From: Candidatus Saccharimonadales bacterium | GTDB taxonomy: Bacteria; Patescibacteriota; Saccharimonadia; Saccharimonadales; JACQNP01 | Direction: 5' to 3' | NCBI GenBank assembly: GCA_038257245.1 | Contig: JBBSJL010000001.1 | Location: 23,776-87,775, forward strand | Length of the DNA: 64,000 nt | Shown here: positions 9,635 to 19,926 of the stretch, piece by piece | Numbering within the stretch: position 1 is the first letter of the stretch | How the letters are laid out: every line of letters starts with the position of its first letter | The notes under the pieces: model-generated | Told to the model about the DNA's origin: nothing | Seen by the model: only the letters and a program-made list of their open reading frames with translations | Database searches by the model: none | Program-made: the position numbers and the translations under genes

Positions 9635-10816
9635 TCACTTTCTTATTAGTACCACTAGTTCACGTCCTACAAACTGATCCGGTCTATGATAGATTAGGTC
9701 AGCTTTGTTTGCATGAACAAAACTCTGACGAGTATACCCTAAATTATCGAGAGAATCAAGCGTTTTCAGGTGCATGAACCCGTTATTTGTCTTCCAGGCT
9801 GGGACGGCTATACATAATCGTATGCCGGCTTTGGTCTGAGAGGCCATGTTTTGGAGGAATTTCTTATGAATTACGTCACAATCATTTATGATTTTTTGCA
9901 TAACATTCGTGTCGGGCAGGGCAGTTAAGGGTCGGCCTAGATAAGTTTCGGTCGCAATAAAATCAAATTCCTTGGGCCAGGTCGCGTTTGTGGCATCTGC
10001 TTGCTCGGCATGCCAAGTAAACGAAGGAGGCAGAAGGAGTTTGGCAAACCAGTCAATATTCTCGTTGGTGTATTCAATCATTCTAGGTTCGAGATCGGTA
10101 CCGTAAGCATTGAATCCCATCAGCCCAGCTTCTTGCAAAATGACGCCAGTACCGCAAAATGGATCTAGCACTGTTGCCCCGTAGCGATTATTGCCAACAG
10201 AAGCCAAGTTGGTAATAATTTGTGCTAGCTTGGGCGGCAACATCCCAACCCTAGCATCTCTTTTTGGTCGCTTCTGGTCGCGGGCAGCGTAAGCATCTAT
10301 ATCCTGAACTTCTGTAGTTTGGGCTAGGATCGTCTCACTTCCATTTATAATCAATACAAGCTCCCAGCCTAGCGGGCTGGTTAGTTTGTTGTACAAAACT
10401 TGTGCAGAATTAAGCTGTGGAGCTTTGTTTGGAACAACTCTGACTGATTTACCTGCTTGTTTAATTACTTTTTTTACCGCAAGGGCAGAAGCGTTGATCT
10501 TTCTAGGGTTAATCGTCTTGCCGTAAACGCTAACACCTAAATGCAATTTACCCTCAGGCAGATATTTTAGGAATTGGGGTACCGTAGTAGTAATATATTC
10601 CTCTATTTTGCTCCACTCTGTGTAGGGTAAGGTCGTCAGGACTTTACAAACTTTCATGCTTCCTCCTAGTCTGGAAAAAGGAATATAACTTGGGTCATTG
10701 GTAGATCCTATTGCAAAATCACCAATACGAAAAATATTATCGGCACCAAGTAAACTTTCGAGCTCAGCGGTACCAATTTCTGGTTGTCTACCCAAGATAT
10801 AAACTGATTTCATCAT
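9635..10816 (-). CDS. THUMP-domain RNA methyltransferase (putative N2-guanine/N6-adenine class)
   Basis: SAM-binding motif VLDPFCGTGVILQEAGLMG...YGTDLEP, with a THUMP-like N-terminal region. Confidence 0.55.
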   Translation of the reverse strand: MMKSVYILGRQPEIGTAELESLLGADNIFRIGDFAIGSTNDPSYIPFSRLGGSMKVCKVLTTLPYTEWSKIEEYITTTVPQFLKYLPEGKLHLGVSVYGKTINPRKINASALAVKKVIKQAGKSVRVVPNKAPQLNSAQVLYNKLTSPLGWELVLIINGSETILAQTTEVQDIDAYAARDQKRPKRDARVGMLPPKLAQIITNLASVGNNRYGATVLDPFCGTGVILQEAGLMGFNAYGTDLEPRMIEYTNENIDWFAKLLLPPSFTWHAEQADATNATWPKEFDFIATETYLGRPLTALPDTNVMQKIINDCDVIHKKFLQNMASQTKAGIRLCIAVPAWKTNNGFMHLKTLDSLDNLGYTRQSFVHANKADLIYHRPDQFVGRELVVLIRK

Positions 10817-10863
10817 CTAATAGTATACGGCTATAGCAAGATTTCGTATAATGTAATCAGAAT

Positions 10864-11913
10864 ATGGTTGAAAAGATTAAAAAACGAGGCTGGAAATCAG
10901 TCCTGACAGTAGTAACTATGCTAGCTTTAGCTGGACTTGCGTATTTTTTGCATGAACAAATATACGATACATATAGGAATATACAAAATGTGTATTATTG
11001 GGTCTTGTTTCTCATAATTCCATGGGAAATTCTTAACTACCACTCGCAGACTAAACTGTTTCAAGGGATATTTCATGTTATTAGGGTCAAAATTCCGTAT
11101 AAATTTATGTATAAAACAGCGCTGGAATTAAATTTTGTAAATACAGTTTTCCCGAGCGGTGGTGTGTCGGGTATTTCTTATTTTAGCTTACGTTTAAAAC
11201 CCAAGGGGGTTTCTACGGCTCAGTCTACATTGGTAAGTTTCATGAAGCTAATAGTTATTTTTGTATCGTTTCAGATACTTATGTTTATTGGCTTATTATT
11301 GCTGGCAATAGATGGCAAGGCAAGCGGTGTGCTGATTTTGATTGCCGGGTCGTTGGTAACGTTCATGGCATTTGGTACGTTCATGTTTGCATTTATTATC
11401 GGTAGCAAAAAGCGGATTAATGATTTCCTAATGTTTTTTACTAGGATAGCTAACAGGTTAGTGCATATTTTTAGCAAGAAAAGGGAAACAATAAATACTA
11501 AACGAGCAGAAGCAGTATTTTCTGAAATACACGAACAATATATGCAGATAAAATCGAATTTACGTGAATTAAAGCAACCATTAATGTATGGCTTGCTTGC
11601 AAATCTAGCAGAAATCCTAGTGATCTACACAGTTTATGTCGCATTTGGTCAATGGGTTAACCCAGGAGCGATAATTATTGCATATGCTGTGGCAAATTTT
11701 GCGGGGCTAATATCGGTGTTACCTGGAGGTGTTGGAATTTATGAAGTGTTAATGACGGCTGTGTTGGCCGCTGGTGGCATACCTGCGAGCCTAAGTTTAC
11801 CGGTAACAGTAATGTACAGAATACTCAACATGTCTATTCAATTGCCCCCAGGTTATATTCTTTATCACAAGGCAATAAACCAGGATCCCGATGTCGCACT
11901 TAACAAAAAGTAA
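10864..11913 (+). CDS. Polytopic membrane protein (UPF0104 / lysyl-PG-synthase-TM-like flippase family, tentative)
   Basis: Eight or more predicted TM helices with a Gly-rich C-terminal TM (VLPGGVGIYEVLMTAVLAAGG). Confidence 0.45.
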   Translation: MVEKIKKRGWKSVLTVVTMLALAGLAYFLHEQIYDTYRNIQNVYYWVLFLIIPWEILNYHSQTKLFQGIFHVIRVKIPYKFMYKTALELNFVNTVFPSGGVSGISYFSLRLKPKGVSTAQSTLVSFMKLIVIFVSFQILMFIGLLLLAIDGKASGVLILIAGSLVTFMAFGTFMFAFIIGSKKRINDFLMFFTRIANRLVHIFSKKRETINTKRAEAVFSEIHEQYMQIKSNLRELKQPLMYGLLANLAEILVIYTVYVAFGQWVNPGAIIIAYAVANFAGLISVLPGGVGIYEVLMTAVLAAGGIPASLSLPVTVMYRILNMSIQLPPGYILYHKAINQDPDVALNKK

Positions 11914-13051
11914 CGATTATCAAAACAACCAAGTTTGGTCGGTCAGTGATTTCGTTGCTATATTTAACCAAACGATAGAATATGCGTATCCGTTTGTTAG
12001 TATTCAGGGTGAGCTGACTAACTTTAAAGTAAGTAAGAATAAATGGGTATATTTCGATCTAAAAGACGAAAATTCAAGTGTGAGGTTCTTCGGAACAATA
12101 TATGGCCTACCCGGCCCATTAGAAGACGGAATGTTGGTCAAGGTAAATGGTAGCCCAAGACTACATCCACAATTTGGGTTCAGTGTTTCGGTCCAGTCAA
12201 TTCATCCAGTAGGTGAGGGTGAAATAAAAAAGGCTGCCGATTTATTGCAGGCCAAATTACAAAAAGAAGGCTTATTCGAGGTATCGCGAAAACGCCCAAT
12301 ACCGTATCCGCCAACAAAAGTCGGGCTTGTAGCATCTTCAGAATCGGCGGCTTTTCATGATTTTATGAAAATATTAAATCACAGATGGACAGGAGTTGAT
12401 ATTCGATTAATCGATGTACAAGTACAAGGCGAGTCTGCACCTGGACAAATCGTAGGCGCAATCAGCGAACTAAACGCAACAGATGTGGAAGTGATTATTG
12501 TAACTCGTGGTGGGGGAAGCCCCGAAGACCTAGCTGCATTTAATCATGAAGTAGTTGTCCGGGCAGTGGCAACTAGCCGTATACCCACTGTGGTAGCTAT
12601 TGGTCACGAGGTTGACACATGTTTAGCTGAGTTGGCGGCCGACAAGCGTGCGAGTACTCCCAGCAACGCTGCAGAATTATTAGTTCCTGATAAAAAGTGG
12701 GAACTGGCAAATATTGAACAAATTTCTGATGAGCTAAACAGACTAATGAGCGTACATTTACTTAACCATAAAGATGCAGTACAGCAATCTGCAAAATTTT
12801 TAGATTCATCTCTTGAGCAGATGGTTGAAGCAGCCAAAAAAGAGGTAATGTCTGTAGGCAGCTTACTAAATAGCCTGAGCCCAAAAAATATACTAAATCG
12901 CGGGTATGCTTTAGTCAGATCTGAGGATGGAACATTGATCAGTAATATCAAGAAACTTAAGATAGGTGATAAGATAGCAATTGAACTTAGCGATGGTAAC
13001 GTCGCTGCAAAAATTATAGGAAGGACAAATAATGCCAAATTCAAAAAATAG
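11891..13051 (+). CDS. xseA: Exodeoxyribonuclease VII large subunit
   Basis: N-terminal OB fold, a central catalytic region and a C-terminal coiled coil. Followed by, and overlapping, xseB. Confidence 0.85.
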   Translation: MSHLTKSNDYQNNQVWSVSDFVAIFNQTIEYAYPFVSIQGELTNFKVSKNKWVYFDLKDENSSVRFFGTIYGLPGPLEDGMLVKVNGSPRLHPQFGFSVSVQSIHPVGEGEIKKAADLLQAKLQKEGLFEVSRKRPIPYPPTKVGLVASSESAAFHDFMKILNHRWTGVDIRLIDVQVQGESAPGQIVGAISELNATDVEVIIVTRGGGSPEDLAAFNHEVVVRAVATSRIPTVVAIGHEVDTCLAELAADKRASTPSNAAELLVPDKKWELANIEQISDELNRLMSVHLLNHKDAVQQSAKFLDSSLEQMVEAAKKEVMSVGSLLNSLSPKNILNRGYALVRSEDGTLISNIKKLKIGDKIAIELSDGNVAAKIIGRTNNAKFKK

Positions 13052-13226
13052 CTACAGAGATTTGCGGCAAGAACTGGATAACATTGTGGAGCAGCTACAA
13101 CAGGGCAACACAGAAGATATTGATAACGCTTTCAAACAATATGAACGAGGACAACTGTTAGTCAAGGAACTTTCACAATATCTTAAGGAAACTGAGAACA
13201 AGTTAAATAAGATTTCAAATAAATAG
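13032..13226 (+). CDS. xseB: Exodeoxyribonuclease VII small subunit
   Basis: A 64-aa helical protein (LRQELDNIVEQLQQG...) that overlaps the xseA 3' end. Confidence 0.8.
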   Translation: MPNSKNSYRDLRQELDNIVEQLQQGNTEDIDNAFKQYERGQLLVKELSQYLKETENKLNKISNK

Positions 13227-13234
13227 GATAAGTT

Positions 13235-13735
13235 TTGTTGCATACTTTATGGTTAACGACAGTCGTTTTATGTTTTATCGGGTTTGTTTGTTTTGTGTTT
13301 GTTATTGCTTATGGAGCTCCATTCTTGCCAACGCTAAAACCCCAGGTAGCCAAAGCACTAGACCTAATTGACCTAAAACCTGGGCAAACCTTATTAGAAC
13401 TAGGCAGTGGTGATGGGCGAATCATGGTAGAAGCCGCTAAGAGGGGTATTAATAGCATAGGTTATGAATTAAACCCATTACTTATCCTATATTCATTATG
13501 GCTGACGCGTAAATACAGAGACAAGATTACGATTAAGATGGCTAATTTTTGGAAGGTTCAGTTACCCAAGGCGGACGGGGTCTTTGTTTTCCTACTCACA
13601 CCTTATATGCAAAAGTTAGATGAAAAGATAAGTACTGAAAACCAGTCAAGACTAAAGCTTATAAGTTTTGCTTTTGCAATTCCAGGTAAAAAACCATCAA
13701 AAACCAGCGACGGATTATTTTTGTATAAGTACTAA
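13235..13735 (+). CDS. Membrane-anchored class I SAM-dependent methyltransferase
   Basis: N-terminal TM plus motif I LLELGSGDGRIMVEAA. Confidence 0.55.
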   Translation: MLHTLWLTTVVLCFIGFVCFVFVIAYGAPFLPTLKPQVAKALDLIDLKPGQTLLELGSGDGRIMVEAAKRGINSIGYELNPLLILYSLWLTRKYRDKITIKMANFWKVQLPKADGVFVFLLTPYMQKLDEKISTENQSRLKLISFAFAIPGKKPSKTSDGLFLYKY

Positions 13736-13775
13736 AGTATTGCACAACTGATCATTTGGCATTATCATAAGCACT

Positions 13776-14522
13776 ATGCCTCCAAATACGCCGCAAACGC
13801 CGACGTCTAATCCTGTGGGTGGGATGCCACAAAATCAACAACCGCTGCAAGGTCCGTTGATGTCACCCCCAAAACGGAAGAATAATACACTTCTAGTAGC
13901 CCTCGTTGTCGCTAGTGTATTCTTTATAATTAGTTTAATTTTTGCCATTTGGTCATTTATGGGAATGCAAAAATATAAAAACAACTCCGATGAAATTGTG
14001 GCTGTTGAAGTAGAAAAAACAAAACAAGAAACCGCAACCCAAAAAGATAATGAGTTTCTTGAAAAAGAGAAGACGCCATACAGGAACTACACCAGTTCGG
14101 ATGTTCTGGCTTCTATTAAGTTTGACTATCCTAAAACATGGTCGGCATTTATAGAGGAGGACAAGAATACTAATTCGGGTACCCCTCTTAACGGATATTT
14201 GCATCCTAATTTTGTGCCCGCTGTAGACTCAGGTACCGATTTTGCCTTACGTATAGAAGTAATTAGTCGACCATATAGTGATTCTTTGAAGGAACTTGAA
14301 AGCAAGGTAAAACAAGGGAAGATAAAAATTGCACCATATTCACTAGCGAAAGTCCCAACGGTTTTGGGTGTTAGAGCCAGTGGAGAGATAAATAAAGGAC
14401 AAAACGACACAATGGTCATGCTACCGATAAGAGACAAGACCTTAAAAGTTTATACAGAATCACAACAATTTGTACCTGATCTCGATAAAATTATTTTAGC
14501 TTCTCTGACATTTGTTCCGTAG
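13776..14522 (+). CDS. Hypothetical membrane-anchored protein (Pro/Gln-rich N-terminus, single TM, extracytoplasmic domain)
   Basis: PPNTPQTPTSNP...; TM LLVALVVASVFFIISLIFAIW; no known motif. Confidence 0.4.
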   Translation: MPPNTPQTPTSNPVGGMPQNQQPLQGPLMSPPKRKNNTLLVALVVASVFFIISLIFAIWSFMGMQKYKNNSDEIVAVEVEKTKQETATQKDNEFLEKEKTPYRNYTSSDVLASIKFDYPKTWSAFIEEDKNTNSGTPLNGYLHPNFVPAVDSGTDFALRIEVISRPYSDSLKELESKVKQGKIKIAPYSLAKVPTVLGVRASGEINKGQNDTMVMLPIRDKTLKVYTESQQFVPDLDKIILASLTFVP

Positions 14523-14572
14523 TCAGTGATATACTACTTATTATAGACAGATAGGAGGGTAGTTCTTAAGTT

Positions 14573-15265
14573 ATGGTAGCAAATCACAGTTTTGATGATG
14601 GGCGCCTTTTAAGAGCACTAGCGGAACAGCTGAAGTTGCCGTTAATACAGATAGCAAGACTTGCTGAGCTAGGAGTGGGTGACAAAGAATCCATAGAACA
14701 GATTCTCCATACATCAGATATGGCAATTCAATTAATAGACGGGTTGTTACTGAGTAATGATATTCATGCTCAGCAAACGCTAGGGCTCGAACCAGTTTCA
14801 GTTAGTTCCGTACTACTGGCGGCTACTGAAGATCTTCGTCATCATGCTAAAAACTACGGGTGTGAGGTCGAGCTTGATGTAGGTGGCCGATTTGCGCCTG
14901 TTATGGGTAACTTTAGGGCACTAAGAACTGCATTTACAACACTGGGTTATTCAATGATAGAAGCACAAACCCAAGAATTGAATAACAAGATAGTCTTGTC
15001 GGTCCATTTAGGCAATAAGGGTATTGTTGCAGGAGTTTTTGGTGGCAGTAATGAAATTACTAAAGACGCATTTAAACGTGCAAAGGCACTAATGGGTTCA
15101 GCAAAACAGCCGTTTGTGTCAAAGAGCTCATCGTCCGCAGCTGGAATATTTATAGCTGATTCGTTATTTAGTGTTATTGCATCTCAGCTTCAGGTTGCTA
15201 AACATAACAAACTTTCGGGGCTGACTACCACGCTAACTCCTAGCCAACAATTAAAACTGGTCTAA
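14573..15265 (+). CDS. Soluble histidine-kinase-like protein, apparently degenerate (phospho-His position reads Glu)
   Basis: H-box-like LAEQLKLPL (compare sHELRTPL), an N-box-like LRTAFTTLGYSMIEA and a G2-like SSAAGIFIADS. No TM. Confidence 0.4.
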   Translation: MVANHSFDDGRLLRALAEQLKLPLIQIARLAELGVGDKESIEQILHTSDMAIQLIDGLLLSNDIHAQQTLGLEPVSVSSVLLAATEDLRHHAKNYGCEVELDVGGRFAPVMGNFRALRTAFTTLGYSMIEAQTQELNNKIVLSVHLGNKGIVAGVFGGSNEITKDAFKRAKALMGSAKQPFVSKSSSSAAGIFIADSLFSVIASQLQVAKHNKLSGLTTTLTPSQQLKLV

Positions 15266-15269
15266 GCAG

Positions 15270-15650
15270 ATGAAAGTTCTACTGATTGAACCCGACAAAG
15301 TACTAAGGCAAATATATATTCAGGCATTTGAAGACCAAAACATTATAGTTAGTGCCTGTGCTAGTTCACAAGAAGCCGTGACTATACTCGAGGACTTTTT
15401 TGCAGATGTCATCGTTACTGAACTGCAGATTGCAGAACATAACGGGGTAGAGTTAATACACGAAATTCGTAGTTACCTCGAATGGCAAGACATACCAATA
15501 GTCATCAATTCAATAATCCCTCACAGCAACGTTGCTATTAATAATGCCGTGATGAAGCAACTTAACATCACAGATTATATGTATAAAGCAGTAACTAGTT
15601 TGCAAAAATTAATTTCTGTTACCGAACAGGCTTGTTACGAAAAAGCATGA
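15270..15650 (+). CDS. Receiver-like domain protein with Glu at the phospho-acceptor position (pseudo-receiver)
   Basis: Receiver fold (KVLLIEPD...; ADVIVTELQ in place of DLILLDxxMP). Confidence 0.5.
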   Translation: MKVLLIEPDKVLRQIYIQAFEDQNIIVSACASSQEAVTILEDFFADVIVTELQIAEHNGVELIHEIRSYLEWQDIPIVINSIIPHSNVAINNAVMKQLNITDYMYKAVTSLQKLISVTEQACYEKA

Positions 15651-16348
15651 AACATCGAACCACTAAAGTTATTATATTAAAACGTACAAATTTTAAAGAA
15701 GCAGATAGGATATTGACTTTACTCAGTGATGAATGGGGTAAGATAAAAGTTATCGCTAAAGGTGTCCGAAAACAAAAATCAAAATTAGCGGGGGGTCTAG
15801 AATTACTTAGCGTGAGTGAAGTTAGCTATATTATCGGCAAGTCAGAAATATATACATTGACATCAAGCAGGCTAGTCAAGCATTATCAAGAAGTAGTCAA
15901 TGATATCGATAGAACGATGATAGCTTATTCTCTTATTAACAAGGTATATAAGCTCTCAGAAGATCATACAGGTCAAGAATTCTTTACATTACTTGATCAG
16001 TCACTTGTAGCATTGAATGATCAGATTGATTTGCGGCTGGTTGAGTCATGGTTTAACATTCAACTCCTTAAGCTTACAGGCCACACACCTAACTTGGTTA
16101 CCGATATAGATAACAAACCTCTCAAACAAGGGATGGAATATGCTTTTGATACGGATAAAATGTTGTTTAATCAAAATACAGCCGGTAAATATTCTGATAA
16201 TCACATAAAACTAACGCGTTTGCTGCTGAAAGTTGAAACTTGTGACAGGCTAAAACCTTTAACAGGATTAACAGAATATTTTGATTTAATGTTAAGGTTA
16301 TCCAAGCAGCTTGTAGGGCTAAATTTACGGCTAGAGTCAGACAATTAG
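15632..16348 (+). CDS. recO: DNA repair protein RecO
   Basis: N-terminal OB fold (ILKRTNFKEADRILTLLSDEWGKIKVIAKGVRK) and a typical length. The zinc-finger Cys are not evident. Confidence 0.7.
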   Translation: MLRKSMKHRTTKVIILKRTNFKEADRILTLLSDEWGKIKVIAKGVRKQKSKLAGGLELLSVSEVSYIIGKSEIYTLTSSRLVKHYQEVVNDIDRTMIAYSLINKVYKLSEDHTGQEFFTLLDQSLVALNDQIDLRLVESWFNIQLLKLTGHTPNLVTDIDNKPLKQGMEYAFDTDKMLFNQNTAGKYSDNHIKLTRLLLKVETCDRLKPLTGLTEYFDLMLRLSKQLVGLNLRLESDN

Positions 16349-16409
16349 ATTGTGTAATTATTTCTCATAGGGCTATCGTACTAGTCCTTCTAGGTGGTAA
16401 CATATATAA

Positions 16410-17621
16410 ATGCAGGGGATCAATATCTATGTAGTTACTATATTAATAAGTAGCTTAATAATTCTTTCATATCTTTACATAGTTTTATCACGTAGAACAA
16501 AAATACCCACTGTTTTGATGCTGATATTAACAGGGGTGATTATCCGCCAGTTGTTTGTAACTTTTGGAATCAATGTCGATATACCTAATGAGGCAGTAGA
16601 GTTTATTGGTATTGTTGGTCTTATAATGATTGTTCTAGAAGCTGGACTTGATCTTAAATATTCGAAAATCAAAAAGGATCTTATCAAAAATGCTTTGTTG
16701 TCTTCGATTTTTGCACTAGTCTTGTCAGTAATTGGGGTGACATTATTACTGCATTGGCAGCTTGGACAGTCTTGGTTAAGTAGTGTAGTTTATGCAATAC
16801 CACTGTCAGTAATGAGTAGTGCGATCATTATATCAAGCAGTAAAGAACTAACTGAGCGAAAAAGGGAATTCCTAGCATATGAATCATCATTTTCTGACAT
16901 AATTGGGATTTTGATATTCGACTACTTCATAACAACTACAGTATTTTCAGTCCAATCAATGCTACCAGTTGCAATAGGGATTGTGTTTGCAATAGGGCTA
17001 TCGGTATTATTTTCAATTATTTTGGTTTGGGTGCTTAGTAAAAGCACGATAAACATTAAGTTCTATCTAATGTTCGCTACATTGTTTTTGATATATTCCA
17101 TGGGCAAGTTGTTGCACTTGCCAGCGTTGCTGATTATGCTGATTTTTGGTTTGATTCTAAATAACTGGTCAAAACTAAAGCATCCTTATCTAAAAAACCT
17201 AGTCCCGAACGATAAGATATCTGAAACCAGAAATTTACTAAAGCAAATTACAGCCGAGACAGCATTCCTTGTTCGTACACTGTTTTTTGTATTATTTGGC
17301 TACAGCATAGAGATAGGTGGGTTAATCAGCAGAGAGGTATTTGTAACTGGCTCGCTAGTTGTCGTTATTTTGTATGTTGTTAGATATCTATATCTCAAGA
17401 TATTCGTGACGCAACATGTCGTTCCAGAGATATTCTATGCCCCAAGAGGTTTGGTCACGATACTATTATTCTATAAAATTCCAGATTATTTAAGATTGGG
17501 TGAGTTTAATGACGGAATAATATTTTTTGTTATCTTGGTTACAAGTTTGATAATGATGCTGGGTGCTATGTTCCTGACACCAGAAGACGCGATGGATCCA
17601 AAGCTTAACGGCAAAATATAA
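16410..17621 (+). CDS. Polytopic membrane transporter (cation/proton antiporter-like, tentative)
   Basis: About 11 TM helices; family not resolved. Confidence 0.45.
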   Translation: MQGINIYVVTILISSLIILSYLYIVLSRRTKIPTVLMLILTGVIIRQLFVTFGINVDIPNEAVEFIGIVGLIMIVLEAGLDLKYSKIKKDLIKNALLSSIFALVLSVIGVTLLLHWQLGQSWLSSVVYAIPLSVMSSAIIISSSKELTERKREFLAYESSFSDIIGILIFDYFITTTVFSVQSMLPVAIGIVFAIGLSVLFSIILVWVLSKSTINIKFYLMFATLFLIYSMGKLLHLPALLIMLIFGLILNNWSKLKHPYLKNLVPNDKISETRNLLKQITAETAFLVRTLFFVLFGYSIEIGGLISREVFVTGSLVVVILYVVRYLYLKIFVTQHVVPEIFYAPRGLVTILLFYKIPDYLRLGEFNDGIIFFVILVTSLIMMLGAMFLTPEDAMDPKLNGKI

Positions 17622-17660
17622 TTCATCTATTGAAGTAGGCTGTCTGTTATAATTAACATA

Positions 17661-19031
17661 ATGAGTAAAGAAAAATCAGAAGTTTCTATGGAAGATATTG
17701 TTTCTCTTTGTAAAAGACGTGGGTTTGTATTCCAGGGCTCTGAAATATATGGCGGGTTGTCTGGTACTTGGGATTACGGACCATTAGGTGTTCAACTGAA
17801 GCGGAACTTAGTCGACATTTGGTGGAAGAAGTTTGTCGATGAGCGCGATGATATGTATGCCGTTGATGCAGCAATACTAATGAATCAAAGAACGTGGCAG
17901 GCTAGCGGACACGTAGATACCTTTAACGATCCTATGATCGAAGACGTCAAAACACACGAGCGATTCAGGCTTGATCATATCCTAGAAGACAATGATGTAG
18001 ATCCTGAAGGCATGAGCCTAGACCAAATGGCAGAAACTATAAATCAAAAAGGTATTAAGAGCCATAGCGGAAATGAGCTAGGGAACGCGGCCCAATTTAA
18101 TCTGATGTTCAAAACGCAGGTTGGGCCCGCGAGTGACGAATCTTCAATTAGTTATCTGCGGCCGGAAACGGCCCAGGGTATTTTTGTTAACTTCAAAAAT
18201 GTTGTGGATACGTTTTATCCAGATTTGCCATTTGGTATCGGCCAGGTAGGTAAGGCTTTTCGTAACGAAATTAGCCCACGGGATTTTATATTTCGATTAC
18301 GCGAAATGGAGCAGATGGAAGTAGAATATTTTGTTCAACCTGAGGATTGGGAATCTGCATTTGAGGATTGGCGTAATACAATAAATAACTTCTATGAATT
18401 CATCGGACTTCCAAAGTCCAAAATTCATGAACACGAAATTGGTGATGAAGACAGAGCCCATTATAGTAAGCGTACGATAGACTTTGAATTTGACTTTCCA
18501 TTTGGACGAAAAGAGTTAATGGGGTTAGCATATCGTACAGATTACGATTTATTGAAGCATCAAGAATATTCAGGAAAGAACCTAGAGTATAGACTTAAAG
18601 ATGGCAGTAAGTCGCTTGTACCGCATGTAATTGAACCTTCTATGGGTATGGAACGCCTGTTGCTGGCGGTATTAGTGAGCGCGTACACTATAGATGAAGT
18701 TAATGGGGATAAGAGAGTATTCCTTAAGCTATCAAAAGACATTGCTCCAGTAAGACTTGCAGTATCACCGTTATTAAAGAACAAGTCTGAACTAGTTGAT
18801 AAAGCCAGAGAAGTTTACGTAATGCTCAAACGGGAGTTTGGGAACGTCATGTGGGACGATAACGGCAATATTGGAAAACGTTATCGCCGTCAGGATGAAA
18901 TAGGCACACCTAGCTGTGTGATTATTGACTTTGATACGCTTGAAGACGACGCAGTGACAATACGTGATCGAGACACAACCGAACAGAAACGCGTTAAAAT
19001 TGCCGACTTAATTTCTACGATTGGGGTTTAA
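17661..19031 (+). CDS. glyQS: Glycine--tRNA ligase, alpha2 (class II dimeric) type
   Basis: FQGSEIYGGLSGTWDYGPLG, class II motifs and a C-terminal anticodon-binding domain. Confidence 0.9.
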   Translation: MSKEKSEVSMEDIVSLCKRRGFVFQGSEIYGGLSGTWDYGPLGVQLKRNLVDIWWKKFVDERDDMYAVDAAILMNQRTWQASGHVDTFNDPMIEDVKTHERFRLDHILEDNDVDPEGMSLDQMAETINQKGIKSHSGNELGNAAQFNLMFKTQVGPASDESSISYLRPETAQGIFVNFKNVVDTFYPDLPFGIGQVGKAFRNEISPRDFIFRLREMEQMEVEYFVQPEDWESAFEDWRNTINNFYEFIGLPKSKIHEHEIGDEDRAHYSKRTIDFEFDFPFGRKELMGLAYRTDYDLLKHQEYSGKNLEYRLKDGSKSLVPHVIEPSMGMERLLLAVLVSAYTIDEVNGDKRVFLKLSKDIAPVRLAVSPLLKNKSELVDKAREVYVMLKREFGNVMWDDNGNIGKRYRRQDEIGTPSCVIIDFDTLEDDAVTIRDRDTTEQKRVKIADLISTIGV

Positions 19032-19610
19032 GTGAGGTTGTCTAAACCAACCACTGAAAAAACAAACTACGCATACGTTGATAGTCAGAATTTGAATCTG
19101 GGTATTCAAAAAATGGGCTGGAAGATGGACTGGAAAAAGTTCCGTGAATATCTACGAAATGAATTTGACGTTGGGGTCGCATATCTTTTTATTGGCTATA
19201 TGGCAGAGAACGCGCAAATGTATGAGCAGCTGCACGAAGTAGGTTATTTAATTGTACTAAAGCCGACTGTGGGAATGCTTAATCCAGTTACCGATCAGGC
19301 CGATGATGGCGAAGATAAAGAAAAGAAGGTGCCAATAAAAGGTAATATAGATGCCGAACTAGTTTTATACGCCATGAAAGACATGCCAAAATACAAAAAA
19401 GCGATTATTGTTTCGGGAGATGGTGATTTTTATTGTCTTGCGGAATATTTGGCCGAAAAGAAGCGCTTATTACATATTATGGCTCCGAACTGGCAATACT
19501 CATCTCTTCTAAAACCATACGAAGACTATATTATTCGTCTAGACAAATTACGAAAAACTCTAGAACACAAAACATACAGGAATCGTAGTAAAGCCAAGGA
19601 ATCAAAGTAA
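19032..19610 (+). CDS. NYN/LabA-like nuclease domain protein
   Basis: YAYVDSQNL, GNIDAELV and IIVSGDGDF motifs. GTG start overlaps the glyQS stop. Confidence 0.6.
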   Translation: MRLSKPTTEKTNYAYVDSQNLNLGIQKMGWKMDWKKFREYLRNEFDVGVAYLFIGYMAENAQMYEQLHEVGYLIVLKPTVGMLNPVTDQADDGEDKEKKVPIKGNIDAELVLYAMKDMPKYKKAIIVSGDGDFYCLAEYLAEKKRLLHIMAPNWQYSSLLKPYEDYIIRLDKLRKTLEHKTYRNRSKAKESK

Positions 19611-19615
19611 CGATA

Positions 19616-19870
19616 ATGAGTAATATTGAAATACGAGTTTTGGAAATCGAAGAGCGGAATCAAAAGGTTGAGCTAGATAAGGCATGGGAAACTAGCTGGA
19701 CCAGACGACTTTCAATTTCAACGCTGACATATTTTGTTGTTTTGATTTACATGATAGCGATCGGGAATGATCGATCTTACGTAAACGCCTTAGTACCATC
19801 AGTCGGATTTTTATTATCAACTTTGTTACTACCCTGGGTAAAGGATATTTGGCAAAAAATGTCTAAGTGA
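19616..19870 (+). CDS. Small membrane protein, hypothetical
   Basis: 84 aa with two TM helices. Confidence 0.3.
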   Translation: MSNIEIRVLEIEERNQKVELDKAWETSWTRRLSISTLTYFVVLIYMIAIGNDRSYVNALVPSVGFLLSTLLLPWVKDIWQKMSK

Positions 19871-19926
19871 TTAGTGGGCTTAAAAGATTATCCTGATACA
19901 ATTAGCATACTGGAAGGGGAGTTTGG

